Positions 51,345-62,811 of a stretch of 64,000 bases of DNA are shown here, piece after piece. Source of the stretch: Squalus acanthias (taxonomy: Eukaryota); the NCBI GenBank assembly GCA_030390025.1, contig CM059442.1, forward strand, positions 68,758,001-68,822,000, in the 5' to 3' direction. Numbering within the stretch: the first letter of the stretch is position 1; the number at the start of each line of letters is the position of its first letter. The notes beneath the pieces were generated by a model. The model saw only the letters and a list, made by a program, of their open reading frames with translations, did not search any database and had not been told where the DNA came from. Both the position numbers and the translations under genes were made by a program.

Positions 51345-52595
51345 TGGAGTAGTAGCAGGAAATTTAGAAAATCATAATACAATCAAGCAGAGTCAGCATG
51401 GTTTTATGAAAGGGAAATCATGTTTGACAATTTGCTGGAGTTCTTTGAGGATGTAATGAACAGGGTGGATAAAGGGGAACCAGTAGATGTAGTGTATTTG
51501 GATTTCCAGAAGGCATTCGATAAGGTGCCACATAAAAGGTTACTGCACAAGATAAGAGCTCACGGGGTTGGGAGTAATATATTAGCATGGATAGGGGATT
51601 GGCTAACTAACAGAAACAGAGAGTTGGGATAAATGTCATTTTCTGGTTGGCAAATTGTAACTAGTGGGGTGCCACAGGGATCAGTGCTGGGGCCTCAACT
51701 ATTTACAATCTATATTAATGACTTGGATGAAGGGGCCGAGTGTAATGTAGCCAAATTTGCTGCTGATACGAAGATAGGTGGGAAATCAAGTTGTGAAGAG
51801 GACACACAGAATCTGCAAAGGGATATAGACAGGCGAAGTGAGTGGGCAAAAATTTGGCAGATGGAGTATAATGTGGGAAAATGTGAGGTTATCCACTTTG
51901 GTCGGAAAAATAAAAATTCAATATTATTTAAATTGAGAGAGATTACAAAATGCTGCAGTACAGAGGGATCTGGGGGTTCTTGTACATGAATCACAAAAAG
52001 TTAGCATGCAGGTACAGCAAGTAATTAGGAAGGCAAATGGAATGTTGGCCTTTATTGCAAGAGGGATGGAGTATAAAGTTAGGGAAATCCTGCTACAATT
52101 GTACAGGGTATTGGTGAGACCACACCTGGAGTACTGCGTACAGTTTTGGTCTCCTTATTTAAGGAGGGATATATGGTTGGGCCTTTACTCATTGGAGTTT
52201 AGAAGAATGAGAGGTGATCTTACTGAAACATATAAGATGCTGAGGGGGCTCGACAAGTTAGATGCAGAGAGGATGTTTCCCCTTGTGGGGGAAATCCAGA
52301 ACTAGGGGGCATCGTTTTAAATGGGCGACCCCTTATTCTGAAACTGAGATGAGAAGGAATTTCTTCTGAGGGTCGTGAATCTGTGGAATTCTCTACCCCA
52401 GAGAGCTGTGGAGGCTGGGTCATTGAATATATTTAAGGTGGAGATGGACAGATTTTTCATTGATAAGGGAGTCAAGGGTTATGGGGAGCGGGCAGGGAAG
52501 TGGAGTTGAGGCCAAGATCAGATCAGCCATGATCTGCTTGAATGGCGGAGCAGGCTCGAGGGGCCAAATGGCCGACACCTGCTCCTATTATGTTC
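51345..52595 (+). mobile_element. CR1/HER1-like LINE 3' 1.2 kb, relatively young
   Basis: QHGFMKGKSCL, YLDFQKAFDKVPH, GVPQGSVLGP, KFAADTK, RPHLEYCVQFW in short frames. Confidence 0.93.
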
Positions 52596-54401
52596 TTTAA
52601 AAGTCAGAGAAATGCTGCCAAGTTGCCGCCACTTGCAGTGCAGATGATTTTTGTTTCGGACGGAAGGTTTCACAGAGGTGTGCACATTTTGAACGTTTTG
52701 CCAGTTACACCATGCTTTTAACAATCTCGGTGCAGTGCCTGATCAGGACAGAGTGTTTGTGCTGCTTTCGTTACTATGAAATCCCACTGGAAAAAACTCA
52801 AATAATCTCATAACCAATGACAGCGAGAGAACCTCAGAAGTTGCTGCTCTGCGAGTTATCCTATGTGTTTCGGTAGGAATAAATGCTGCCCCAATTTAGA
52901 TTTTTTTTCCAGGATTCCCAGTCTCACCTTTGAACTGGGTGGTGACAGGTCCACAGGACTGGGCTGCATTAACTCTTCAGTCTAATGTGACCATTTCTCC
53001 TCCAACTTATTAGAAATTGCAGTGTTTCCCCTGATGCCACGGCCGCAATTGAGGGCTCATTGTATGGTAAATTGTGGGCGCTACGCAAAATCTTCCCTCC
53101 CTGCATTGTCTCGCATGTCAATTCATTACACTTTATTTTAATAGTTGAGTTTTACAACCGGTCACTTATTTAAATTCCTATTAACTTGATGTACACTGGC
53201 ATTGAAAAACTAACACATCACAATGTGTCATGTCTGTTAAGTTCAGTGTTTTAATAGTTGAACTCGTTCCTAATCAAAATGCCTGAATACCCAATGAAAA
53301 CATCGGCTGAGAAACTGATAAGTGGTCACCCACGCAAGCAGAATTTACAGGGATGTAACTGTGTTCATTTCCAATGAAATGTCGGCAGAGCTGATCTTAC
53401 CAAGGGTTTTACTGTACATGTGTGAGATTGTTTGAAATGGTGCTAAAGGCTGAGTTGAGTGTAAGCTGTGTGGAATCGAACCCGAATGGCTAGGTGTGGC
53501 TGTGTGGGAGCTTTGAAGAACTTTGCTACATTACATCTCCCATGCTCGGACTGTCAGCACAGCGAGAGGTTTTAATTAAATTACTGTAAAATGATGGAAG
53601 AGAAGATACTGACCCCGAGTCACGTCCCCTAACTAAAAATAAGTCTCTTGGCAGCTGCTGTTTTTGTTTTGTGCGAGTTTACATTTTGCCTCCCATTTAA
53701 TTCAAAACAATTCCCTGATTTTTTTATTTAAATTTTAAATGAACTGGGGTTTTGTACTTGTTACACTGAGGCTGCAGCATTGATCCAGAAGTGAGTGATC
53801 TTCATCCAGTTCATTCAGTCATTGACCCAGCTTTCATCGTTGCCTCTCTGTCTTTTTGCTGAAACAAGTGCTAGATTCCAGGAAGCATGGACATCGTTCT
53901 GATTGGCCAACAGCCCCCCAAATAATCCACTTAAGTAAAAATTCTTCCGAGCTAATTTTTTTTTTTTACAAAAGAGCATTTCTGCTTTAATCTTTTCTTT
54001 TTGCAGGATTTTCCCCATTAGTAACGAATACAATTTTCATTTCGGGTTGCTTTGGTCTTTGAAGAATTGCAAATAGTCACATCAACCTCAGCCGCCTTTA
54101 TTGAGGTTGTGACATGGCACTGAGGATTTCAGTGGGGTCCCTGGAACATTAAATTGAACTGCGTATAATGCCTTCGACCACCTAAAAGTATTATAATTGG
54201 CTGCAGGTAGCAGGCTTGAGGAACTCCCCCCAGATCATCGGCAAGCTGGATGGAAGGTGGTATATATATATATATGTGAACTTACTGATCGTATAATAGC
54301 AATAGGGACAGGGCTTCCTGCTACTCTTTACAGGATGTGGACTGGAGTGTATAGTAAATTCTGGGTAACAACTTTTTTTGTAACACACGCCTATCAAACA
54401 G

Positions 54402-54490
54402 ACGGCCAATCTGGCTGAAGCTAACGCCTCAGAGGAAGATAAAATTAAGGCAATGATGACTCAGTCTGGTCAAGAATATGATCCAGTCAA
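54402..54490 (+). CDS. RBBP6: RBBP6 exon 5
   Basis: TANLAEANASEEDKIKAMMTQSGQEYDPV(N); AG at 54400-54401; donor AA|GTAAGT. Confidence 0.97.
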
Positions 54491-54595
54491 GTAAGTTGGA
54501 AAGAAGATGCAATTTCAAATTTTAATTGGTTGATACCCCACAGAGAGTAATTGGCAGTATGTATTAATGGTACTTTTTTTAATTTTCTTTCGTAG

Positions 54596-54692
54596 TTACA
54601 TGAAGAAACCTTTGGGTCCTCCTCCTCCAACATATACTTGTTTTCGTTGTGGAAAACCTGGCCATTACATTAAAAACTGCCCAACAAATGGG
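54596..54692 (+). CDS. RBBP6: RBBP6 exon 6 (CCHC zinc knuckle)
   Basis: YMKKPLGPPPPTYTCFRCGKPGHYIKNCPTNG with CX2CX4HX4C; AG 54594-54595; GT 54693. Confidence 0.98.
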
Positions 54693-55427
54693 GTGGGTAA
54701 ACATGGTTCAACCTTTTATTTTGTAGTAACAATACTGTGTGTTGCTCTTGAAGTGAGATCCTGAAACTACCTGCCTTCTCTGGCCAGTGTGCAGCAATGG
54801 TCAAACTGGAGGAACAAGTTGGTCCAGTCGGGATGCTTCAGAATTGTATTTAAAATCTGTGCTCGTGGTGGAACAATATTGCTGCAGGCTGTACTTTTAT
54901 TGTATTTGATCTAGTGTTATCTAGAATGGAGCCTTTGATCCTTCTCTTTGAGGTGTCCACTTGAAGCACTGGTCATCTGCTGGACATGTGGCCAAATCTA
55001 ACCGTGTTAGGCAACTTCATTCGGTCATTCATTATTCGCTGCCGAGATGGATGGATTTCCTTTTAACCTTTTGGTAGAGTTGGAGCGTAGCAAGTTATAA
55101 CATTAAGGCAATTCAAATTGTGTTTTGTCCTGGCATTGGAGTGAGCCTCGGGCTTGCCAGGCAAAGTGAAACCGGATTCCTTACAGATGTTGAGAGCTGG
55201 AAATTGATCCAACGCTTGGCTTTAATGCACACTCACTGCTCCACGATACAGCTGCACAACTGGGTCTTCGTAATTATAGACAAGCTTCGAAGTCAAGGTG
55301 GTGGCTGTGGGATGTATGCTAGTTCAGCATTAAACGCTCTGACTGCAGATTCCTAATGTATGGGCGCTGCTGTATTGTTACATACAGTTTATAAATAAAT
55401 ACTTTTATTTTTTTTGAAAAAATTCAG

Positions 55428-55567
55428 GACAAAAATTTTGAAGCTGTGCCAAGGATTAAGAAGAGCACGGGGATTCCCCGCAGTTTTATGGTAGAGGTCG
55501 ATGACCCGAACATGAAGGGTGCGATGCTCACCAACACTGGGAAATATGCCATACCCACAATTGATGC
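55428..55567 (+). CDS. RBBP6: RBBP6 exon 7 (PSR-type motif KKSTGIPRSF)
   Basis: DKNFEAVPRIKKSTGIPRSFMVEVDDPNMKGAMLTNTGKYAIPTID(A); canonical AG and GC|GTAAGT. Confidence 0.98.
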
Positions 55568-56252
55568 GTAAGTACTTTAACTTCTGTTAACTACAATACT
55601 GAGCTGCTAGTCTGGTGGATAGTCAGTCTTAGTTAAAAAATCCTAATGCGTATATAGGACTCACGTGATGCAAGTGGTTTAAGCTCCACAACTGCAATTC
55701 TCCCATTAACATTTTCCACCCTACTTTACTTAATTGTTTTCCCAGGCAGTCATTCCCCATATTAACCAACCTCCGTATGAAATAATTAAACCTAAAATCT
55801 CTGTGAAATTCTTATGGGAATAGATAAATTGAAGCGTAATATGTTTGGATTGTCACATGTTCTAAGCTTGAGAACTTGTGGTAATCTCAAATATATTGGG
55901 GTTCAATTTATCTATTCCCTTAATAATCTTGAGTACTTGAGAAAGCTCGGAGGAGCTAGTGTTTTTCTCCGAAGAATGCAATCCCAGGCTGTTCACCCTC
56001 TCCTCATAGTTCAAATGCATTCAGCTGGGCATCAGTTTGGTTGACTTTTTCTGAGCTACCTCCAGTGAAGAGGGAAAAGACAGGTTACCATTTTGGATGA
56101 AGGGTCTGTACCCAAAACATTAGGCTATCTTTTCACTGGCAGTCCGGCTCTGTATTTTCAGCATTCCTGTCTCTTTCAGATTTTTAGCATTTGTCTTTTT
56201 TTGGTCTCTGCTGCAGGTTCAGTACTTAACTATTAGATGTTTTGTATTCTAG

Positions 56253-56425
56253 AGAAGCATATGCACAGGGCAAGAAGGAAAAGCCACCATTCTTGCCAGA
56301 GGAGCCCTCCTCATCGTCTGAAGAGGAAGATCCAATCCCTGATGAACTGTTGTGCCTTATCTGCAAGGATCTTATGATGGATGCTGTTGTCATACCATGC
56401 TGTGGAAACAGTTACTGTGATGATT
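56253..56425 (+). CDS. RBBP6: RBBP6 exon 8 (RING N-terminal half)
   Basis: EAYAQGKKEKPPFLPEEPSSSSEEEDPIPDELLCLICKDLMMDAVVIPCCGNSYCDD; donor T|GTAAGT. Confidence 0.98.
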
Positions 56426-56596
56426 GTAAGTGACCTGGGGAATGCATTGCTGTTCAAACAAAGCCCAAAGCAGTCAGCCATTGTGGGATTGCTCTATTCA
56501 CCCACCAATGTATCGTGTGCAATGATCTGAGTGCAAGTACTTTTCTGTTTTTAGTCTTAACTGTAATTTGTTGCTTTCCCTCATTGCTGTGTGCAG

Positions 56597-56700
56597 GTAT
56601 CAGAACATCACTACTGGAATCGGAGGAACACACCTGCCCAACCTGCCACCAAACGGATGTTTCTCCTGATGCTCTGATTGCGAACAAATTTTTAAGACAG
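56597..56700 (+). CDS. RBBP6: RBBP6 exon 9 (RING C-terminal half)
   Basis: (C)IRTSLLESEEHTCPTCHQTDVSPDALIANKFLRQ; gtgcAG acceptor; CAG|GTATTG donor. Confidence 0.98.
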
Positions 56701-57062
56701 GTATTGCACCTAACGTACAATTCAAGAGTTTTGATGATCTGCATAGCATTTTAATTCAAAATCTAATAGCCTCTATCTTAAACTTGCATGTATATCAAAT
56801 AAAATGGATCTGTCTGGTGGTGACATTGTCATTCTAAATCTAATTTACTAACAACATATCCCTGTACAATTCTGGTTTGGCAGCAGTAAGTTACAGTTCA
56901 GTTTATAGCAGATTTGTCTGTGGTATAAAATACACCCTTAAACTGTTCTAGAAATTTGAGTGCAAATGGAAGAGCAATTTATTTGAGGTGTGTTGGGAAC
57001 AGAATAGAATGGGGTGGAATTTCAGAACTTAATTCTCAGCTGCAGAATTCTTTTATTTGCAG

Positions 57063-57469
57063 GCTGTGAACAACTTCAAAAATGAAACTGGTTACACAAA
57101 AAGAACTCGCAAGCAACAGCAGACCCAGCAGCAGCAGCAGCAGCAGCAGCGTCAAGCTCCGTCCCATCAAATGCACAGTCAGCAATCCGGTCTGAGGTCA
57201 TTACCCCAGCTCAACCCTCTGCCCGTTATCCCTGTAAGCAGAACAGCCATCTCCAAGCCACCAGAAATGCCAGCCACCGCTACTACTCAGGCTGGCCACA
57301 CTTCCGCCCCAGCCTCCCTTCCAAGTGCAGCTTCTGCCCCAGTGCGTGCTCCTTCTCCTGTGAAAACTAGTCGAGCTTCCTCCACTGCCAACGTCCCTGC
57401 TCCAGATGTGTCAACAGCATCAGTTCATGTTCATCAGCTACCTCCAAAGCACGAGGAAGGGGATAGTCT
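57063..57469 (+). CDS. RBBP6: RBBP6 exon 10 (polyQ plus Pro/Ala/Ser-rich region)
   Basis: AVNNFKNETGYTKRTRKQQQTQQQQQQQQRQ...PAPDVSTASVHVHQLPPKHEEGDS; ttttatttgcAG acceptor; CT|GTAAGT donor; 407 nt. Confidence 0.95.
57114..57160 (+). repeat. CAG microsatellite encoding polyQ
   Basis: caacagcagacc(cag)8 inside exon 10. Confidence 0.95.
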
Positions 57470-57994
57470 GTAAGTTTCATTCTTGTTGGAACCTTTTAAG
57501 GACTGCAGTAGCAGCTTGCTGTCCGCTTTACAAGAAAATTATTTTGGTACTTGGATATGCACCTGAAGTGCCGTAACCGATAGGGCTACGGACCAAGAGC
57601 TGGCGAGTGGGATTAGGCTGGATAGCTCTCTTTCAACCAACACAGACACGATGAGCTGAATGGCCGCCTCCTGTGCCATAAATTTCTATGAATAGGTCAC
57701 AGAATCGCTGGGATTTCTGCACAAGAGGCCATTCGGTCCATCGTTTTTGTGCCACTGCTACACATTAAATGCACATGTGGTTCTGTACGTTTCTACCATT
57801 ACAATCACTATTTCATCGATTTCTTTCTCCTTTAATCTAGGCTTCTTGATTAGATTCCTGTGTGCAACTAATTCCTGGATATCTGTTATGTTGTATATAA
57901 GCCATCAGCCAATAATAAGCCACTCAGTCAATCTCGCTTATCCTTCCATAGAAGCTGCCCCCATCGCAGTATCTTGCTGCTTTTCAAAATCTTT

Positions 57995-58036
57995 GCCTTC
58001 ACTATGCTATCCAGAGCCTTCACTATGCTATCCAGA
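57995..58036 (+). repeat. 21-bp tandem duplication
   Basis: gccttcactatgctatccaga repeated twice. Confidence 0.9.
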
Positions 58037-59108
58037 ACACCACTCTAGATATTAATCACTCCTTACGTGAAGTGCTTCATGATAGTGCTCCTTGATTGGA
58101 TTCCAGGCTGTAACTTACTCCTGGATATATGTTCCAAAACCCTCGATTAGATTCCAGCCTGTAACTGTGACTCTTCTCATCCAATTCTTGTGATATTAGA
58201 CAAGCTAGATTAATTAAAAGAATAAAACTTCTTAAAGGTCATTAGCATGGTCAGAACTTTCCAATCGTGCTTGTGTGATTGCTAACTCCTCCTTCCCCTC
58301 CTCCCCAAAAAATCTGTTAAGGCTTATAACATTTGGAAATCCATCTTTTTAAGTCTACACTTACCTTTTTTTGTTCTGATGGTTCAGTTTCCTGTGTCTT
58401 CAAATGATTTCCATGACCATGCCTTTCAGGTGGGAGGGAGACATGCATTGTCCAAGGCAGTGAAAGGTGACTCTGATTTTTAAACCTGAAAAAGGCATAT
58501 CCCAGTTTATTATTCTGAGTCTGGACTGCTGTGTGTCCCAACCTCTTCCCTCTGCTCCATTGATGGCACAACTTTCAGCTATTGTCACCCTAAACTCTGC
58601 AATTTCCTTCCAAGACCCTTCCAGCTTGCTGCATTTCTCCCCACTTTCCAAAGCCTCTTCAAAACCTACCTCTTTCTCTATGCCTTCAGTCACCTCCCTT
58701 AATTGTCATTTTATTCCCACTTGTTGTAAAGCTTTACTTTTAAAGACAGTATATCAGTGTAAGCTGTTTATTCTGTGCAGCTGTTATATGATGGGAATGG
58801 AGGGCGCTGGTTACAATATTAACATTAGACCAAGACTATAATGGGAGTCAGCTGAAGAACTTGGACTTCTGTATCAATGTCTACAGCACATGCGTGTGTT
58901 GTAGAGGGTTAATATTCTACTTTTATTGTGGGAGAGTATGTTGCAGTGATTGAGCTGAGAGTGTGGTAAATGCTGTATAATCGGAACAGAATATCGTTTA
59001 AATGGATGTTGTTCACACTTCCCATAATCACTAAACAGCAAATGAATCTTGAAGTTAAATCTCGACTGTATGTAAAAGCAGAGTGTTTTATTCTTATTTC
59101 CCTTACAG

Positions 59109-59199
59109 TGAACTCAGCAAAACGGTTGTAGTCACTGTCACTACTGGAATAACCACTGCCAATCCATCTATGTCCACGAGTAGTACCTCTGCACTGAAG
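59109..59199 (+). CDS. RBBP6: RBBP6 exon 11 (divergent, low complexity)
   Basis: Strong acceptor ttcttatttcccttacAG; open frame ELSKTVVVTVTTGITTANPSMSTSSTSALK; AAG|GTATGT; phases 2 to 0 bridge exons 10 and 12 exactly. Confidence 0.85.
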
Positions 59200-60166
59200 G
59201 TATGTCATTGATCATGTGTCTCTGTTGTACAGTTATATGTTGTCTTGCGTGATGCAGTGACACACAGGGTAATTTACACCCACCTTTTAAAGAGCATCCT
59301 CATCCCCCAACATTACATAGGCCTCATGAGCAGAATGTATCAGTGGGCCCTGCAGCTAGCACAGACCAACCCTACTAGAAGAGGCAGCTCTCCCAATTCT
59401 CTTCAGAGGATTGCATGCAACAACAGGGACCAGGAGTGAGAAAACAAAAGATACAGAGAGGGATAACACAAGAGGCCAGGAAGGAATACAATGACAGAGG
59501 GACCAAAATGGAATGGGTGATAAAATTCACCAAAGTCAGGTTTGTCAAATGGGACCCAGCATGAAATTTAACAGCAAGTTGGTGTAACATGAAGTTGAAA
59601 TCCAGCTGCTTCAGCCTAAACCGTAAAACTAAACGTGTTTTGGTGGCTAAAAGGTCACTGACTTCATTCAGCATGCACAAGAATGACAGGATGATTAACC
59701 AGAAGCAATGCATGGATCTAGATTGGTGGTTGGAGCTGGAGAAGTGTACTTTGAATGTGAGGTTTCCTTGCTGTCCAAGTCACTGATCAATTATACTATC
59801 TCCTACTGGTCAAGAGGTGAAAGTGTTTGTGGATTGGTGAAAAGCTGTCATTTCTGATCTCGCAATTACACAATGGGAATGAATGGGGAGCAGTTTGCTC
59901 CATTGAAATTTTAGCCTATGGGGCAAGATGTTTTGTTCATTGAGATTGTGTGCAATGGGCAGGAGTTTGGTCTGTTGGAATTTTATACAATGAGTAAATG
60001 GGTAGGGGTTTGAACCATTGGGATTCTGTTGAATGAGAATGATTGGGAAGGATCTTGGTTCATTGGCCTGCACTATAGATTCAAGCTGTGAATTAACTTG
60101 TATCTGCCCAGCCAGTGATGTACCATTAATGCGGTTGGCTTGATTGTCATTGTGCTCTATTTTCAG

Positions 60167-60227
60167 GGTTATCAGGTTCCTGTTCTTGGTCACCCTGCTT
60201 CACATGGACAGTCCATACCCACAACAG
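60167..60227 (+). CDS. RBBP6: RBBP6 exon 12
   Basis: GYQVPVLGHPASHGQSIPTT(G), matching human GYQVPVLG...HGQLIPTTG; ttttcAG acceptor; CAG|GTTTGT donor. Confidence 0.93.
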
Positions 60228-60314
60228 GTTTGTTATTTAGGAAATGGTTTTCAGATTGACTTATAGTTATAAAAACTGAATCAAAGCATTAAATTCTATG
60301 AACTTTATATTTAG

Positions 60315-60372
60315 GTCAGCCAATGAGGACCAGTGGTGTTCGACCACCAGGAAACAGACCTGGCTGGGAAGT
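60315..60372 (+). CDS. RBBP6: RBBP6 exon 13
   Basis: (G)QPMRTSGVRPPGNRPGWE(V), matching human RPGGGRPGWE; tttAG acceptor; GT|GTAAGT donor. Confidence 0.92.
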
Positions 60373-60801
60373 GTAAGTAGGAACCATACTGAGTTACTGT
60401 GTCCGAACTCAACAATTGCACCTTCCTGGCTAGTTTTCAATTTTACAGAACCATGAAAACTCTTTCTAAATTCTGCTGAATTTGTACTCTCTAATATTTT
60501 GGGGAATGGAACTTTTTCCTTTTTGGCACAACTAGCGAGCAATCCCAGGGTCAGGGCTAGATGCTGATTGGAACTCCTTTTACCCTGACCACCAAGCACT
60601 CCCAGGTTGAGTATAACACAGAATAAAGCTCTCTGTGGTTTCCCCTAACATTCTACCATAGCCCCAACTTTAGAGAGGCATTTTTTACTGCACCAGTGTA
60701 GAGTTTCCAGTTCCCCACACCTGTCATCATTGTGGCTTCTCTGTGTGCACTTGACATTTTGAATTGTCAGCACTTCTGTACTGTCTGCTTGAACTCATTA
60801 G

Positions 60802-60955
60802 CAACGTTCCCATTAAGTTGCGCGGCGGTCTGGAGGTCCTGCGCAGGCCGCTCACTAGCTTTTATATGGAAGAAACCGCGCATGCGTGAAAATTTGAATG
60901 GGCGCACAGCCTGTTAAAGGGGCCGCGCACCAGAAGAAAATAAAAGGAAACATTG
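60802..60955. mobile_element. hAT MITE related to 45417-45533, opposite orientation
   Basis: Ends CAACGTTCCC...GGAAACATTG; internal taaaggggccgcgca is the reverse complement of tgcgcggccccttta in the other copy; TSD degraded. Confidence 0.75.
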
Positions 60956-61745
60956 CCCACTCGGTCTTGGGGTGCAACTGCCCCCCAAACTCATTTTTGT
61001 GGGAATTCTTGCAGCCCGTAGAGAGAAGAGACATTCATCCCATTGGTCTGGGTTAGATTCAAAGCCAGGTCACAGCAGTCGGGACTGTTTGCTGAAGCGC
61101 AGATAGTTGATGGTGTTGAACACTTTTGCAATGATTTAATATGATGAAACCCAATGTAAATGAAAGTAATACTTTCCCTCTCCCCCATTCCACTCCATCT
61201 AATCACCAAAAATAAAGCTGTTGTATAGCTGATCAGTTAGATTTAGCTGATTTCGACTTTGACTCCGTAGAAATATGGTTATAGAAATCATTGTATTTCA
61301 AATGGCACTGACTCTTTTGGGCATTCTTAACTATTTCATTCAGATCTTTATATTTGTATTTTTTCAGTAAATCTTTATTCCATTTAAGTATATATTTTTA
61401 TCGTGGCAGGTTGCAGTGAGTACAGTTCTGTAGTTTTTCAGAGAGCGATGTGAATTCTGAGTGAAATGACTTTCAGTTCACTTTCTGCTTGAGCTGCCCA
61501 CAAGGATCTCTGGGAGCTGGTGTTGCTTCTGGCCTCTTGGCTTCCAGGTTTCCCACAGGACAGTGAAGCATTTACTCAGACATACCATGTTTAAGAATAT
61601 CCACCAGTGCATCTCTATTGATGGAAAGTGGGTATCGCATCGGAAACGTTAACCCTTCTCTTTCAGGTGCTTACAGATCTGCTGCTGTTCTCGCATCTCA
61701 GAATTTCTGTTTATCTCTGATGTTTTTCTAACTCTCTTCCACTAG

Positions 61746-62107
61746 GCCATCCAACAGAGGGCATCAACAGAGTGATCGAGTTCCAAGAAGCCGAACGCAG
61801 GCAATTACAAACCCCCCGCCAGTGTACGTGCATCCCCCAGCCCTGTATCCTCCACCACCTCACCCAGTTCCTCTCCCCCAGGAGTGCCTCCCCCTCAGTT
61901 TCCTCCACAGTTTCCTCCTGGCCAACCCCCACCCACGGGATTTAGCGTCCCTCCTCCAGGATTCCCTCCAGCTCCGGCCACTATATCAGCCCCATGGGTA
62001 CCTCCTGCCACCCCAGCAGCTCCTGCCAGTGTAATACCAACAGTCACACAAGCACCTCCCCTGTCCAGGGAAGAGTTCTACAGGGAGCAGCGACGGCTGA
62101 AAGAGGA
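61746..62107 (+). CDS. RBBP6: RBBP6 proline-rich exon with an apparent 1-bp deletion at C-run 61875-61879
   Basis: PSNRGHQQSDRV...YVHPPALYPPPPHPVPLP then, in another frame, GVPPPQFPPQFPPGQPPP...QAPPLSREEFYREQRRLKE(E); donor GA|GTAAGT. Confidence 0.93.
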
Positions 62108-62249
62108 GTAAGTGAATAAGTTGGTTTGAAAGTCTCTGTGTAATTTCTGCCATCAGTAGATAGTATATATAAGGTGTTCTTCCTTTGGGAAGCTGGCTGC
62201 CGTTGAAATGTCATCCGATGTATTATTTGCGCCATAATTGCTGAAAATC

Positions 62250-62490
62250 TGAAATAAAAATAAAATACAGATAGCGCAGACACGATGGGCCAAATGGCCT
62301 CCTTCTGTGCCATAAATTTCTATGATTCGAGCACATCGCAGGTTATTCAGCACGCATGAAAAAGAAAGATTAATGTTTCAGATGTGGCCCTTCATCAGAA
62401 CTGTTCTGATGATTTTCTACCCCAGACATTAAAACGCTTAGTCTTTCAGATGCTGACTGATCAGCTGCACGCGTTCATCATTTTCTAGCA
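62250..62490. mobile_element. Degraded inverted Penelope-like terminus with hammerhead-like core
   Basis: gctgaaaatctgaaataaaaa start as at 905; minus-strand CTGATGA-AGGGCCACATCT-GAAAC at 62398-62375; interrupted by a CR1 tail at about 62266-62325. Confidence 0.5.
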
Positions 62491-62811
62491 GGAATTGCAT
62501 TATCTCAAATTAAAGTTCAGGCGCTAATCTCGGGAGTCATGCTGATAGTTACTGTGAGGCTGAAGAATCTTCTTCCAACTGTATCTTGTATGTTCTGTTT
62601 CAGCAGCCAATGACTTGTGTGTACAGTACACTTTGTGCTTCTGTGAGGTCCTGGTATAAGCATATAAAAAGCTGTTTTAAGAGTTTACCTTGTTGACCCT
62701 TGTATGCAGGGCAGGAGCCAGATACACCACAGTAATTGCAAAAAAAAAGGTTAAAAACAAAAATCTGTCTGTAAAGACCAGCATTTCATTCAGTGTGCCC
62801 CGTTAGTCAGA

